NCBI GenBank assembly: GCA_964016885.1
Contig: OZ024752.1
Location: forward strand, 34,286,001-34,350,000
Reading direction: 5' to 3'
Source of the DNA: Eledone cirrhosa
Lineage: Eukaryota
Length of the DNA: 64,000 bases
A model generated the notes under the pieces. The model had not been told where the DNA came from and did not search any database. It saw only the letters and a list, made by a program, of their open reading frames with translations. The translations under genes were made by a program, and so were the position numbers. Below are positions 1 through 14,242 of the stretch, piece by piece (position 1 is the stretch's first letter; each line of letters opens with the position of its first letter).

Positions 1-164
1 TCTTTGAAATATTTACATCGAAGACAATCGTTCTGCTTTCAGTTACATGTGTGAGGATTGTCGGTCAGGGTTTTGTGAGTCTTTCAGTGTTAGTGACAAA
101 GGCAGCAGGCGATACTTTTGCCAACTGCAATAACTTCACCAACCATGTGTAGTCTTACTTATGA

Positions 165-792
165 GCTAAATAAGCTTTAGTTTAGGGCCACATGCCCTCG
201 GAGCCTTCCTTGTGGCGAGTGCTGGACTTATGGACTTACCAATAAGCTAAAAAAGAAGTTGCCTGTTGAGTAATGAAACTGCCTGGGCACTGCATCGGTC
301 ATCCAGAAGAGATAGCATCTCAACTTGTGCTCTGGAAACCGGTGGTCGGACGAAGAAGCGTGGGAAGACAGGCCGTCTCATTCATTGATACCCTGCTGAG
401 AGATGCCAACATTGGTAACATCGAAGAACTGAGAAATGTCATGTTCGACCAGGACGATTGGAGAAAGTGTGCTGAATCTTTGCGAGTGTGAACTCGGCAG
501 AAGAAGAAGAAGAAGCTAAATAAACTATAGCTTAAGACCACACGCCCTCGGGGGCTCTCCTTGAAGCCAGTGCTGGACTTATGGACTTACCAATAAGCTA
601 ACTAAGCTATAGCTTAGGGCCACACATCCTCGGGATCTCATTAAAGCCAGTGCTGGACTTATGGACTTACCAATAAGCTAGCTAAGCTATAGCTTAGGGC
701 CACACATCCTCAGGATTTCATTAAAGCCAGTGCTGGACTTACCTATAAGCTAAAAAAGGCTATAGCTAAAAACCACACCCACTTGGACCCTC
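165..792. repeat. Degenerate ~79-bp tandem repeat interrupted by the LINE fragment
   Basis: Recurrent agtgctggacttatggacttaccaataagcta at ~218, 570, 649 and (shortened) 729. Confidence 0.8.
273..515 (+). pseudogene. 3' fragment of an RTE/RTEX-like LINE with short (GAA)n tail
   Basis: Translation LPGHCIGHPEEIASQLVLWKP..GRRSVGR..FIDTL..DDWR resembles the RTE-clade C-terminus; followed by GAA repeats; interrupts a ~79-bp tandem repeat. Confidence 0.65.
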
Positions 793-870
793 ATTAAAAA
801 TATATATATTTTTATTTTATCATTAGTTTTTATTCTTTAACACTAAATCATCAAATATTCACATATATAT

Positions 871-1168
871 GGATTAGTGGTAAGAGCATCGGGCCTGCAA
901 TCGTTAGGTTGTAGGTTCGATTTTTGGACTGGGCTGTGTGTTACACCATTTCACTCAACTGGAGAAATGAGTTGCGACGTTACTGGTGCCAAGCTGTATC
1001 GGCCATTGCCTTCTCTTGGATAACATCGGTTGCGTGGAGAAGGAAGACCAGTATGGATGGGCGACTGTTGGTCTTCCACAAACAACCTTAACCAGACTTG
1101 TGCCTCGGAAGGGAACTTTCTATGTACAAATCCTATAGTCACTCGTAACCGAAGGAGGTCTTTACCCT
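871..1168 (+). mobile_element. tRNA-derived SINE (second family)
   Basis: tRNA-like head TAGTGGTAAGAGCATCGGGCCTGCAATCG...GGTTCGATT (box A/B); related heads at ~35255, 37590 and (minus) 44130-44240. Confidence 0.6.
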
Positions 1169-1259
1169 ATATATATATTTATATGGCAACATGAATGGAT
1201 CTGTTATTTTTCTCTAAAAACATTTTCACCAATTCCACCTCGCCCGTCCCTTCAATCTA

Positions 1260-1295
1260 TCTACTGATGAAGGACTAGAGTCCGAAACGTTAAGA
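1260..1295 (+). ncRNA. Minimal type-I hammerhead ribozyme motif (stem I damaged)
   Basis: tcta CTGATGA aGGAC taga GTCC GAAA CG TT aaga; same family as 20632-20667. Confidence 0.6.
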
Positions 1296-1376
1296 CCCTC
1301 TTCCTGCTATTTCAAGCGTTAACCTAATATATTTCGTCCAGATACTGTACCGATTGTGTTGTTATTTCTGTTTACC

Positions 1377-1483
<107 letters not shown>

Positions 1484-1700
1484 GGGTTTGAACAGAAATG
1501 GAAAATGCAACTGGAGTTTTTTAAGAATATTTATTTACTTTACCGGTTTCACAGTTCTTATGATTTTCAAAAGTTAAATTGAGATGGAGGGTTTATGTTT
1601 CTGTTGGGGAGTAACTTGTGCATAAGTTCCTGTTTACTTCTCCAGCAATGTCCTGCAAAGATATGTTACGTCGGTAGTTAAATGACCAATTCTGCAGTGC

Positions 1701-1741
<41 letters not shown>

Positions 1742-1747
<6 letters not shown>

Positions 1748-1871
1748 TAATAAAAACAATGAATAAAAACAAAGAAACAGTTCCTTATATTAAAAGATTC
1801 ATCATTTATGATGAATTTTTTAATATAAGGAACTGTTTCTTTGTTTTTATTCATTGTTTTTATTAATTTAT
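1742..1871. repeat. Near-perfect palindrome (fold-back) of a hammerhead-element family
   Basis: ~65-bp arms; arm sequence matches 21180-21240; adjacent 1873-1996 matches reverse complement of 20902-21026. Confidence 0.9.
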
Positions 1872-1991
1872 CTTGACTCTGTTTTCCTGTGATTTTCATC
1901 GAAAAAAATGTTGAATACATCTTCTCTTTTCATGATATTTGGATTACATTGAGTTCTTCATACGGATTGGACATTACCGTATATTTTGGTA

Positions 1992-2104
<113 letters not shown>

Positions 2105-2215
2105 TGTGTGTGTTGTGTGTGTGTGTGTGTTAAGTATTTCCGTGGAAAATGTAAAGGAAAGAAGAGTGCTCTATGTATTGTACAGAGCTATTTAATTATA
2201 TATACAAATAAAATT

Positions 2216-2286
2216 TTCTATCTGATGAACGGATTCAGACGCCTCTATTAGATTCGTCTGACTTCGTGAAACCTTGGGTAATGGAA
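2216..2286 (+). ncRNA. Type-I hammerhead ribozyme
   Basis: TTCTAT CTGATGA [ACGGA.TCAGACG...CGTCTGA.TTCGT] GAAA CC ttg GG TA ATGGAA; all three stems pair; GUA site. Confidence 0.8.
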
Positions 2287-2463
2287 TTATTATATTGTGT
2301 TGTTTTTAACATAGTTAAATATATATTGGAAAATGTGTGAAATCCTTGGAAAAAAGGAAAAGAATGACTTCACTCTAAACAATTTAATTTAATTTTATAA
2401 TATTATAATTTTACTATTTGGTTTTGTAGAATCTACAAAGCCAAATTGTAAAATTGTAATATT

Positions 2464-2476
2464 ATATGTGTATATG

Positions 2477-2540
<64 letters not shown>

Positions 2541-3198
2541 TATATATGTATATGTATGTATATATATATTATGTATATGTATGTATATATATATATATAT
2601 ATATGTATATGTATGTATATATGTATATATATCTATATATGTATATGTATGTATATATATATATATATATGTATATGTATGTATATATATGTATATGTAT
2701 ATGTATGTATATACATATATATATATGTATATGTATGTATATATATATATGTATATGTATGTATATATATATATGTATATGTATGTATATATATATATGT
2801 ATATGTATGTATATATATATATATGTATGTATGTATATATATGTATATGTATGTATATATATATATGTATATGTATGTATATATATATATGTATATGTAT
2901 GTATATATTTCTATATATGTATATGTATGTATATATATATGTATGTATATGTATGTATATATATATATGTATGTATATATATATATGTATGTATATATAT
3001 ATATATATGTATGTATATATATATATGTATGTATATATATATATGTATATGTATATATGTATATACATGTATGTATATATATATACATGTATGTATATAT
3101 ATATATATATATGTATGTATATATATATATATATGCATGTATATATATATATGTATGTTTATATATGTATGTATATATGTATAGATATGTATAGATAT

Positions 3199-3234
<36 letters not shown>

Positions 3235-3261
3235 GTATATATATATATATGTATATATATG

Positions 3262-3294
<33 letters not shown>

Positions 3295-3446
3295 GTATAT
3301 ATATATGTATATATATATTTATATATATATATACATAAATATATATATATACATACATACATACATACATATATATACATACATACATACATACATATAT
3401 ATATATATACATATATACATATATATATATAAATACATATATATAC

Positions 3447-3491
<45 letters not shown>

Positions 3492-3540
3492 CATACATAA
3501 ATATATATATATATAAATACATATATATAAATACATATAT
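2464..3540. repeat. Compound (TA)n/(TATG)n microsatellite
   Basis: Direct inspection. Confidence 0.97.
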
Positions 3541-3933
3541 TGTCGCCTTTGTTTTACTGTTATTATTTTGTTTGTTATTCACCTGAATTACTTGCTTTGT
3601 CATCATTTGCACTGTAGGTATTTCTTAAGTATCCTTACAGAGCAGCACCAGCTGTATGTAAGTAATTCTAGATACATTTGTACAATTATAACAAAATCGA
3701 CTGAGGCGCCTCTCTCCATATTTCCCTGTCTTTAACGGTAATTTGCCCAATTTTCTCAACTGTTATCAATGGTGATCGACCGCCATTAGAATTATTTTCT
3801 CTCTTCGCGGCTCTCATATTTTCACTTTCAAATTATATTTTTCGTTATGTAATAAATGTTAAAATATAAAAAAAAAAAATATATTAAGCATGTTTCCTTC
3901 TTCTTCTTCTTCTTCTTCTTCTTCAAGAAGAAG

Positions 3934-5860
3934 AAGAATGACCAAATGAGGTTTATTTTTCAACATAGTCTCTGGAAAGGAACGATACAGTTATTATACA
4001 AGGGTCAGCTGAAAAGTTCATAGGCTGACCAAGATACTCTCATGGAATGACCAAATGAAGTTTATTTTTTCAACATAGTCCCTGGAAAGAAACAATGCAG
4101 TTATTATACAAGGGTCAGCTGAAAAGTTCATAGGCTGACCAAGATACTCTCATGGAATGACCAAATGAGGTTTATTTTTCAACATTAGTCCCTGGAAAGA
4201 AACAATGCAGTTATTATACAAGGGTCAGCTGAAAAGTTCATAGGCTGACCAAGATACTCTCATGGAATGACCAAATGAGGTTTATTTTTTCAACATAGTC
4301 CCTGGAAAGGAACGATACAGTTATTATACAAGGGTCAGCTGAAAAGTTCATAGGCTGACCAAGATACTCTCATTGAATGACCAAATGAAGTTTATTTTTC
4401 AACATAGTCCCTGGAAAGAAACGATACAGTTATTATACATGGGTCAGCTGAAAAGTTCATAGGCTGACCAAGATACTCTCATGGAATGACCAAATGAGGT
4501 TTATTTTTTCAACATAGTCCCTGGAAAGAAACGATGCAGTTATTATACAAGGGTCAGCTGAAAAGTTCATAGGCTGACCAAGATACTCTCATGGAATGAC
4601 CAAATGAGGTTTATTTTTTCAACATAGTCCCTGGAAAGGAACGATGCAGTTATTATACAAGGGTCAGCTGAAAAGTTCATAGGCTGACCAAGATACTCTC
4701 ATGGAATGACCAAATGAAGTTTATTTTTCAACATAGTCCCTGGAAAGAAACGATACAGTTATTATACAAGGGTCAGCTGAAAAGTTCATAGGCTGACCAA
4801 GATACTCTCATGGAATGACCAAATGAGGTTTATTTTTTCAACATAGTCCCTGGAAAGGAACGATACAGTTATTATACAAGGGTCAGCTGAAAAGTTCATA
4901 GGCTGACCAAGATACTCTCATGGAATGACCAAATGAGGTTTATTTTTTCAACATAGTCCCTGGAAAGGAACGATGCAGTTATTATACAAGGGTCAGCTGA
5001 AAAGTTCATAGGCTGACCAAGATACTCTCATGGAATGACCAAATGAGGTTTATTTTTTCAACATAGTCCCTGGAAAGAAACGATGCAGTTATTATACAAG
5101 GGTCAGCTGAAAAGTTCATAGGCTGACCAAGATACTCTCATGGAATGACCAAATGAGGTTTATTTTTTCAACATAGTCCCTGGAAAGAAACGATGCAGTT
5201 ATTATACAAGGGTCAGCTGAAAAGTTCATAGGCTGACCAAGATACTCTCATGGAATGACCAAATGAGGTTTATTTTTTCAACATAGTCCCTGGAAAGGAA
5301 CGATACAGTTATTATACAAGGGTCAGCTGAAAAGTTCATAGGCTGACCAAGATACTCTCATGGAATGACCAAATGAGGTTTATTTTTTCAACATAGTCCC
5401 TGGAAAGAAACGATACAGTTATTATACAAGGGTCAGCTGAAAAGTTCATAGGCTGACCAAGATACTCTCATGGAATGACCAAATGAGGTTTATTTTTTCA
5501 ACATAGTCCCTGGAAAGAAACGATACAGTTATTATACATGGGTCAGCTGAAAAGTTCATAGGCTGACCAAGATACTCTCATGGAATGACCAAATGAAGTT
5601 TATTTTTCAACATAGTCCCTGGAAAGGAACGATAGAGTTATTATACAAGGGTCAGCTGAAAAGTTCATAGGCTGACCAAGATACTCTCATGGAATGACCA
5701 AATGAAGTTTATTTTTCAACATAGTCCCTGGAAAGGAACGATAGAGTTATTATACAAGGGTCAGCTGAAAAGTTCATAGGCTGACCAAGATACTCTCATG
5801 GAATGACCAAATGAGGTTTATTTTTCAACATAGTCCCTGGAAAGAAACGATACAGTTATT
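3934..5860 (+). repeat. ~110-111-bp tandem satellite, ~17 copies, derived from half of a mariner-like MITE
   Basis: Unit contains tatacaagggtcagctgaaaagttcataggctgacc; last copy continues into the rest of the MITE. Confidence 0.95.
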
Positions 5861-5957
5861 AATAAGAAGAGTTGAAATTAATGCATGCAAGTTTCACAGC
5901 TCTAGCATATCCTCACTACTTCATAGTCAGTGTATGGACTTTTCAGCCGACCCTTGT
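5752..5957 (+). mobile_element. ~205-bp Tc1/mariner-type MITE
   Basis: Inverted termini acaagggtcagctgaaaagttcata / tatggacttttcagccgacccttgt; TA at left end. Confidence 0.75.
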
Positions 5958-5979
5958 CCTTCAGCCCATACCGTAAAAT

Positions 5980-6010
<31 letters not shown>

Positions 6011-6101
6011 AAGAAGAAGAAGAAGAAGAAGAAGAAGAAGAAATGTTGAATTTTTCAATGTATTCTTTTGAACTAATTTTACGGTAAGGGCTGAAGGAAT
6101 A

Positions 6102-6307
6102 TACGAGGCTCGGCTGAAAAGTCCATAGACTGACTATGAAGTAGTGAGGATGTGCTAGAGCTGTGAAATCTTGCATGCATTAATTTCAACTCTTCTTATT
6201 AATAACTCTATTGTTTTTTTCCAGAGACTATGTTGAAAAATAAACCTCATTTGGTCATTCAATGAGAGTATCTTGGTCCCCCTATGAACTTTTCAGCTGA
6301 CCTTCGA
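6102..6307 (-). mobile_element. Second copy of the same MITE, opposite orientation
   Basis: tacgaggctcggctgaaaagtccata ... tatgaacttttcagctgaccttcg. Confidence 0.75.
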
Positions 6308-7619
6308 ACTGACCTTTCATGAATCTTCAACAGTTGTTATGATTTTTTTTTAATGGCCAAAATGATGGGATTTCGACCCTGCGAACCATTCTATCCGGCG
6401 TTCTAAGGACTCTATAAAACTCTCCACTATATTTAAAAAATTCATAACCATCGTTTCAATTGTGAGCCATCATAACCTGTTTAGTTAAACATTTTGAGAA
6501 ATTAAAAAAAAAAAAAAAAAAAAAAAAATTCGTAAAACCAAGGCAGCCGGTTGGCAAACAACTGCAAAATGTATGTGATTCTTTGAGCGTGTGTATATGG
6601 GTGTGTGTGTGTGTGTTTGTGTATAGGCGTACGCCTGCGAATATGTATTTGTAAGGGCGTGAAACCATGTGTATATGTGTTTAAGATATTGCTGTTTTTT
6701 CTCTATTTGTTTCCACGATATTTTTTTTCAGTTCCCAACAGTCTTTCAATTGATAATTGAATTAAATAATTCACGTACGTTTTTTTCTTCTGTTTTTCAA
6801 CTTATTGTTCAAATTTTATTTTTTGAAAAATACATGTTTACAGCAAAATAAATAAATAAACACATAAATCTCCACGCCCTCTATTGAACAAATTATTTTA
6901 TGTACGTCACGTGGGCAAGATGATAACAGTTTGTAGCGAAGGATATCCAGTGATACCCGCCTTCATTCGTATTCAACGAATACGAGGACACCAGAGGCCT
7001 CTCTCACCAGCAACCCGGCACGAAAAGGAATCTGTCCATCTAATGACTAGTATTTAGTCATTCCCCGTCGCAGATAAATTGTAGTTTTAATGTAAAACTA
7101 GACAACTATTCACGACCTTCGTCTCATATAAAATGGCGTGAAACACAAATTAGAACCACAATATTTAGTCATTCTCCGTTCCTCTCTATATGAGACAATG
7201 GCGGTTTTGATGTAAAATGAGACAGCTATCTATTCACGACCTTCGTCTCATATAAAATGGCGTGAAATACAAATTAGAGTCACAAAGTATATAATACAGA
7301 GAATAAGTAACATTCTTTGATATTGTAGACAAGTTTCAAACTCTAATTAGTGGAGGATTAAAATAAAGGACAAAGAATATTTTTCAAAAGATAAAAATTC
7401 CTAAAAATAAAAATAAACTTACCCAGATCCAGCCTACTCCCTTTGAAGATATTTTGTTTAAATTTGCTGTTTTGTGTTAGTTAAGACAGTCTTATCCCAA
7501 GTCCTAGCTAGTTGTTAAAAGTGAGATAATAAGTTCCTTCAAGCTGTTAAAAGTTTGGTATGTCTGTACTGGGGTCGATATAATCGACTTCTTTTTTTCC
7601 ACAGAGAAATACGTTACTC

Positions 7620-8375
7620 CAGTATACTCAGCTGAAAATGAGTTACCAACGGCAATAGCTGGGGATTTAACCCTGCGATTTCTTGGCCTCATGTTCAGGG
7701 AGAAGGCTTGTACTCTCAGTCGCTTCACGATATAGAAACTGGGATAAGCACTGGGCTGATGAGCTTTTGAGCTTGAGACTGATTTTAACCTTGTGATGGA
7801 CTGGTACCCTGTCTAGGGAGGAGTCTTGTACTCTCTGTCATTTCACGCCTCGGAAACCGAGATAAACATTAGTCTGATGAACTTTTAGGCTTGAAATAGA
7901 CTTTAAACCTGTGGTGGACTGGCACCCTATCTAGGGGGAAGTCTTATACTCTCAGTCACTTCACATCACGTAAATCGGGATAAGCACCCGGCTGATGAGA
8001 TTTTGAGCTTGAGACTGACTTTAACCCTGTGATGGACTGGCGTCCTGTTCAGAGGGAAGTCTTGTACTCTTAGTCGCTTTACATCACCGAACCCTAGATA
8101 AGCACTAGTCTGATGAACTTTGGGGCTTGAAACTGATTTTAACCCTGTGATGGACTGGAACCCTGTCCAGGGGGCAGTCTTGTACTCTGTCACTTCACAT
8201 CACCGAACCCTAGATAAGCACTAGTCTGATGCCTTTGGGGCTTGAAACTGATTTTAACCCTGTGATGGACTGGAAACCTGTCCAGGGGGATGTCTTGTAC
8301 TCTGTCACTTCACACCACGTAAATCGGGATAGGCGCTAGTTTGATGAGCCTCCGGATTCGAGACAGACTTTACAC
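7620..8375 (+). repeat. Degenerate ~120-bp tandem array of a SINE body (V-domain-like)
   Basis: ~6 repeats of ccctgtgatggactggc..cctgtccagggg...cgggataagca; resembles the V-SINE conserved domain (from memory). Confidence 0.6.
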
Positions 8376-8777
8376 TTTGTTTTTAGACCCACATTCTTCG
8401 CAAGTAGGGAATCATTCCCTCATCCATCCTCAAATCTTTCTACAACATTCCCATGACTTCATTTTATGACTTTTCATAAATATCTTTTTATCCACAATCT
8501 GCTCCTTTTCTTCTAAGTATGGAATGTCTACGAATGACCTCAATCACAGAAAAAATAACAGTAAAAACATTTATACACTCAAATGGCGAAGGCAATTATT
8601 ATTATTGTTGTCGTTATCATCATCATTATTTTATTTTTTTATTATTATTGTTATTGCCATGTCCTCCCCCAGGATTGATCTTAATTCCTAGTTTAGTCAA
8701 GATAGCGAACCACATCCAGTGGCATTTTTATTATTATTATCATTACTACTATTATTATTATTATTATGTGAGTGTAG

Positions 8778-9172
8778 GACGGTGGATTGGCAGTACCGGT
8801 AGAGGGTCGGACGCCATGCGTTGCAGCATAGAGTTACGGCCCTTTACGGTCTGAGTTCAAATCCCGCCGAGGTAAACTTTGCCTTTCATATTTACGGGGT
8901 CGATAAAATAAAGCACCAGTAATGTACTGGAATAATTGCTGGCCTTGTGTCAAAAGAAGAAACAATTATTATTATTATGGGCGGTGAATTGGCAGTATCG
9001 GTAGAAGGTCGGACACCATTCTTTGACGCATAGAGTTACGGCCCTTGCCATTCTGAGATCAAATTCCACCGAGGTTAACTTTGCGTTTCATCCTTACGGG
9101 GTCGATAAAATAAAGCACCAGGAATGCACTGGGATAATTGCTGGCCTTGTGTCAAAAGAAGAAACAATTATT
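8778..9172 (+). mobile_element. Two tandem copies of the dominant tRNA-derived SINE
   Basis: Box A TGGCAGTATCGG, box B GAGTTCAAATCC, conserved tttgcctttcatccttacggggtcgataaaataaagtaccag, (ATT)n tail. Confidence 0.85.
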
Positions 9173-9683
9173 ATTATTATGGGAGTGAAAAAAGAACACT
9201 GAAAATTGTACCTAATAATCCGTTAGTTGTTTTAGTGCAGATACATAACTTTTCCTAGTAATGTATATAATAATATTACGACAAAGAAAACCCCATTAAT
9301 ACTATCAAATTTATAAAAGATTGTATTAAACGCATCAAGATTATCGTTCACATAAAACTTTATTTCCAATAGTAGAGTTCTTTGTTAAACATATGAACAA
9401 TAGAAGTGACAATAGGAAATATTCAAAGTTGGTTTCACAGCAAATCATAAAACATTTTTTTCTTCTGAATTTCGTGTTTTTATAAAATAGTTATATTGTG
9501 ATAAAGTAAAGAGCTTTTAACTGTTGGTGGAGTTGTAGGGACGCTATCATGACATCACATACGGCATATATTGGGCATATAAATCCTGGCGTAGTCATTC
9601 AATCTCCAGGTCGCAACATAGCCAATTTTTTTTTTCCAGAGAGAGAGAGAGCTTTATATTTTTCTTCTAAAAGTGAAAGAGAG

Positions 9684-9756
<73 letters not shown>

Positions 9757-10395
9757 GGAGAGAGAGAAAGAGAGAGAGGGAGAGAGAGAGAAAGAGAGAG
9801 AGGGATTGAGAGAGAGAGAGAAAGAGAGAGAGAGGGAGAGAGAGCGGGAGAGGGGGGGGGGAGAATTGACCCCCAGAACTTGACTGGTATACGTTTTACT
9901 TTATTTATCTGCCTCTAAAGATTGAAAGGCGAGATAGTCTTAGACGAGATTGGACCTCAGAGCGCAGTGAGCCGGAAGAGAAACCAAGGCATATCCAATA
10001 ATGTGTGTGCAACTCACTAAGGCTATGTGTATGTGTAGATGTGTGAGTGTTTAATTCTCTGAGGCCTAGCGTATGTAACGAACTCGTAAACACACACACT
10101 CACACACACTCACAGACACATACACACTCATATACAAAATGTGACGTCGTTGTCGTGGTAGTGGTGGTATAAAATGTCCTTTACTATAGTTGACGATAGA
10201 AAGATTATTTTATATAAAATGTTATATTCTTTTAATCCAAATGAAAATAAAAATTCCATGTTGACACTCGCGGGGTCTAGTACCTTGTAAAATTTGATTT
10301 GATTTGATCGAGCCGTTTGAGAATGCATAAGAAACAGACAGACAAACAAAGAGACAAAGAATTTTATATATATAGCATTATGCTGCTGAACATTA

Positions 10396-10697
10396 GGACG
10401 GTGGATGGGCAGTAATCGGTAGAGCATCGAAGAACATGATTTGCGGCATAGAGTTACGGCCCTTTACGTTCTGAGTTCAAATCGCGCCGAGATTAACTTT
10501 GCCTTTCATCCATGCAGGGATCGATAAAATAAAGTACCAGTAACGTACTGGAACCGATTTAATCGACTTTCACCCTCCGCCTAAGGATGAAAGGGAAAGC
10601 CAACCTCGACGGGATTTGATCCCAGAACGTAAAGGGACGTAACTCTATGCCACAACACATATTGTCCGACGCTCTACCGATACTGCTAATCCACCGG
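10396..10697. mobile_element. Two SINE copies tail-to-tail (dominant family)
   Basis: Plus copy ~10396-10570, minus copy ~10580-10697. Confidence 0.75.
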
Positions 10698-10984
10698 AAC
10701 AACGTAAACTAAAGTGCCTTGATCAAAATGCTCCATCGAGATCGAACTCAAGGCCCTACGATTGCTAGCTGAATACCCCCCCCCCCACCCCAACCAGAAA
10801 GCCAGGCACCTTCACCCCCCCCCCCCCCACATACATAGGTAATAATGTTAGTTACTTTGATCTATTGTCGGCTTAGAGTAAATTTGACCTAGTTTATATT
10901 TAAAAGCTGAACAGCCTCGTTTGAGACTTCGTTGAATATATTTAGGATAATTCAATTTATTACAACAGTTTATATAGATTGCCA

Positions 10985-12245
<1,261 letters not shown>

Positions 12246-12457
12246 CGACGAACCTGCAGTTCTAGAATCAGACAGATCCATACAATGATCGTGTTTCGAG
12301 CTATCCGCCGGCCAAACAATTGTAACACACAATGATGCATCACTGATTTTTCGTTTTATATTATATCACACTCTGCTCTGTAAGAACATAGAGTGCTCAA
12401 CTGGCATACCGCCTATGGAAGCATCATAGCTACCATTAAACACACACACACACACAT

Positions 12458-12490
<33 letters not shown>

Positions 12491-12528
12491 GAAATTACAT
12501 GAATCAAAGTTCTGTTCAAACCATTTAT

Positions 12529-12577
12529 TCGCTTACAATTGTTTCTTCCAAACCTAGGTTTGGAGTCTTCGGAGCAA
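12529..12577 (-). ncRNA. Hammerhead motif with CCGAAGA core variant
   Basis: TTGCT CCGAAGA cTCCAAACC ta GGTTTGGAa GAAA CAATTG TA AGCGA. Confidence 0.7.
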
Positions 12578-12789
12578 TTTTTCAATGATTGTTTACATAC
12601 ATGACCTCCTTTCCAACACAAGAGACATACAGAAACATATGTATATATTAATGCACAGTGGGTTGACATCCATTATAACATTAAAATGTTATAATGGATG
12701 TCAACCCACTGTGCATCAATATATACATATGTTTCTGTATGTCTCTTGTGTTGGAAAGGAGGTCATGTATGTAAACAATCATTGAAAAA

Positions 12790-12838
12790 TTGCTCCGAAG
12801 ACTCCAAGCCTCGCTTTGGAAGAAACAATTGTAAGCGA
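12790..12838 (+). ncRNA. Hammerhead motif with CCGAAGA core variant (inverted copy)
   Basis: TTGCT CCGAAGA cTCCAAG..TTTGGAa GAAA CAATTG TA AGCGA. Confidence 0.65.
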
Positions 12839-13029
12839 ATAAATGGTTTGAACAGAACTTTGATTCATGTAATTTCTATATAACTGCTCTGTAGATATTA
12901 TTACATTGAGCTATTTATCTTACTGGTAATAAGGTAGTAATAAATTACTGTCTTTCACTGTTTAGGGTTTAAAATATATATAACTATAAAAGGTTTTAGT
13001 ATATACATAACCATAAATAGTATCCTTAA

Positions 13030-13063
<34 letters not shown>

Positions 13064-13532
13064 CCATTATATAAAATTACTCATCCAGTTACCGATGTAT
13101 ATATTCATCTATTCATTCATTCGCTGATCCATATAGACATTATATATACATTTGTTGGTCTATCTGCATAACCAAACAATTAGAAAATAAAACACGTTTA
13201 CCTACTTATTGTATACATCATTTGTACCTGCATATATTTATATAATTTTAAACGTACTTATACACGTACACATGAATGTATGTATGTTCTCTCTTTCTCT
13301 TAATTTCGAGTATATTTTTGACCGGCCACCTTCCTGGTGGCAAGGTTGCAAAAGAAAAGGAAATGTCATCCCTTGAATCGCAAGAATGTTTTGCAAATTT
13401 TGAAGGTGCCAGCTATCGTAGCCATTTGTAGACTATGAATTAGGGAGCTGCGCTCTTTGTATGTATGTATGTATGTATGTATGTATGTATGTATGTATGT
13501 ATGTATGTATGTATGTATGTATGTATGTATGT

Positions 13533-13746
13533 ATAGGAAAAGAGTCAGGAACTCGACGGCTAAGCTCCGGATGTTTCGACAGCAAGATCGGATCTAGACA
13601 GTTAGATCCGGATCTAGCTGTTGAAACAGCCGGAGCTCAGCCGTCGGGGTCCTAACTCTTTTCCTATTACCCACTCTACTACCCTAAGTATCGATTTCTC
13701 TGGTGCGTTATGGTCCACCTGGTTTCTTACCACACATCCTTTGTTA
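13533..13746. mobile_element. Fold-back element, family shared with 26200-26402 and 47917-48104
   Basis: Imperfect palindrome 13533-13667 plus tail ctctggtgcgttatggtccacctggtttcttaccaca. Confidence 0.75.
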
Positions 13747-13770
13747 TTTATTTATATATATATATTTATA

Positions 13771-13848
<78 letters not shown>

Positions 13849-13891
13849 TAGGGAACGAAGAATCAGTATTGCATCATATATATATATAATT

Positions 13892-13982
13892 ACATATTAC
13901 ATATGTTTCGCTGCCGATCAGCTCGAGGAACGATCGATTGTGTTCGTTCCTGACTCTGGAATCTAAATCTCCTCAGATGTGT
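13892..13982 (-). ncRNA. Degenerate hammerhead motif
   Basis: ACACAT CTGAGGA ...long imperfect stem II... GAAA CATATG TA ATATGT. Confidence 0.55.
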
Positions 13983-14183
13983 TCGCACGTGTAGACTCAC
14001 GTCTATATATATATTTATATATACTTGGTATATTTTGTGTTAGTTAATCAATCGATAGTAGTGTATACAGAATAGAGCACTCGACGAAGTATACATGTAG
14101 GTCTGTGTTCTCCGAAGTAATGGTAGAACAATGAACTATAAGTCAGTAGGTTAGAGTTTTCCTCGTTTATTTGTTACACAATC

Positions 14184-14242
14184 GCTGTTATACATATTTC
14201 AATTGTAACTGTTATGTAACAGTTACGACCTCGCCAGACAGC
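14184..14242 (-). ncRNA. Decayed hammerhead motif (core CTGGCGA)
   Basis: GCTGT CTGGCGA GGTCGTAACTGTTA ca TAACAGTTACAATT GAAA TATGTA TA ACAGC. Confidence 0.55.

Larger units (their letters stand above)
12487..12880. mobile_element. Fold-back element (~185-bp arms) carrying a hammerhead motif in each arm
   Basis: 12487-12670 is the reverse complement of 12696-12880; starts at a (TA)n tract. Confidence 0.85.

Noticed and set aside
2433-3612. Long YI/IY-rich ORFs (also 10.8-12.3, 26.3-30.0, 36.3-37.5, 47.5-48.0 kb)
   Set aside because: Translations of (TA)n-type microsatellites, open in many frames on both strands
7750-8370. CTGATGA...GAAA/GAGA motifs in the ~120-bp repeat as hammerheads
   Set aside because: No stem III/UH cleavage triplet or stem I closure; explained as the SINE 3' hairpin
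8778-9172. tRNA genes
   Set aside because: Box A/B present but they are SINE heads with no complete cloverleaf, followed by the SINE body
12285-12330. Hammerhead-like AAACAATTGTA with GTGT/ACAC flanks
   Set aside because: Both core strands are non-consensus; too degenerate to call
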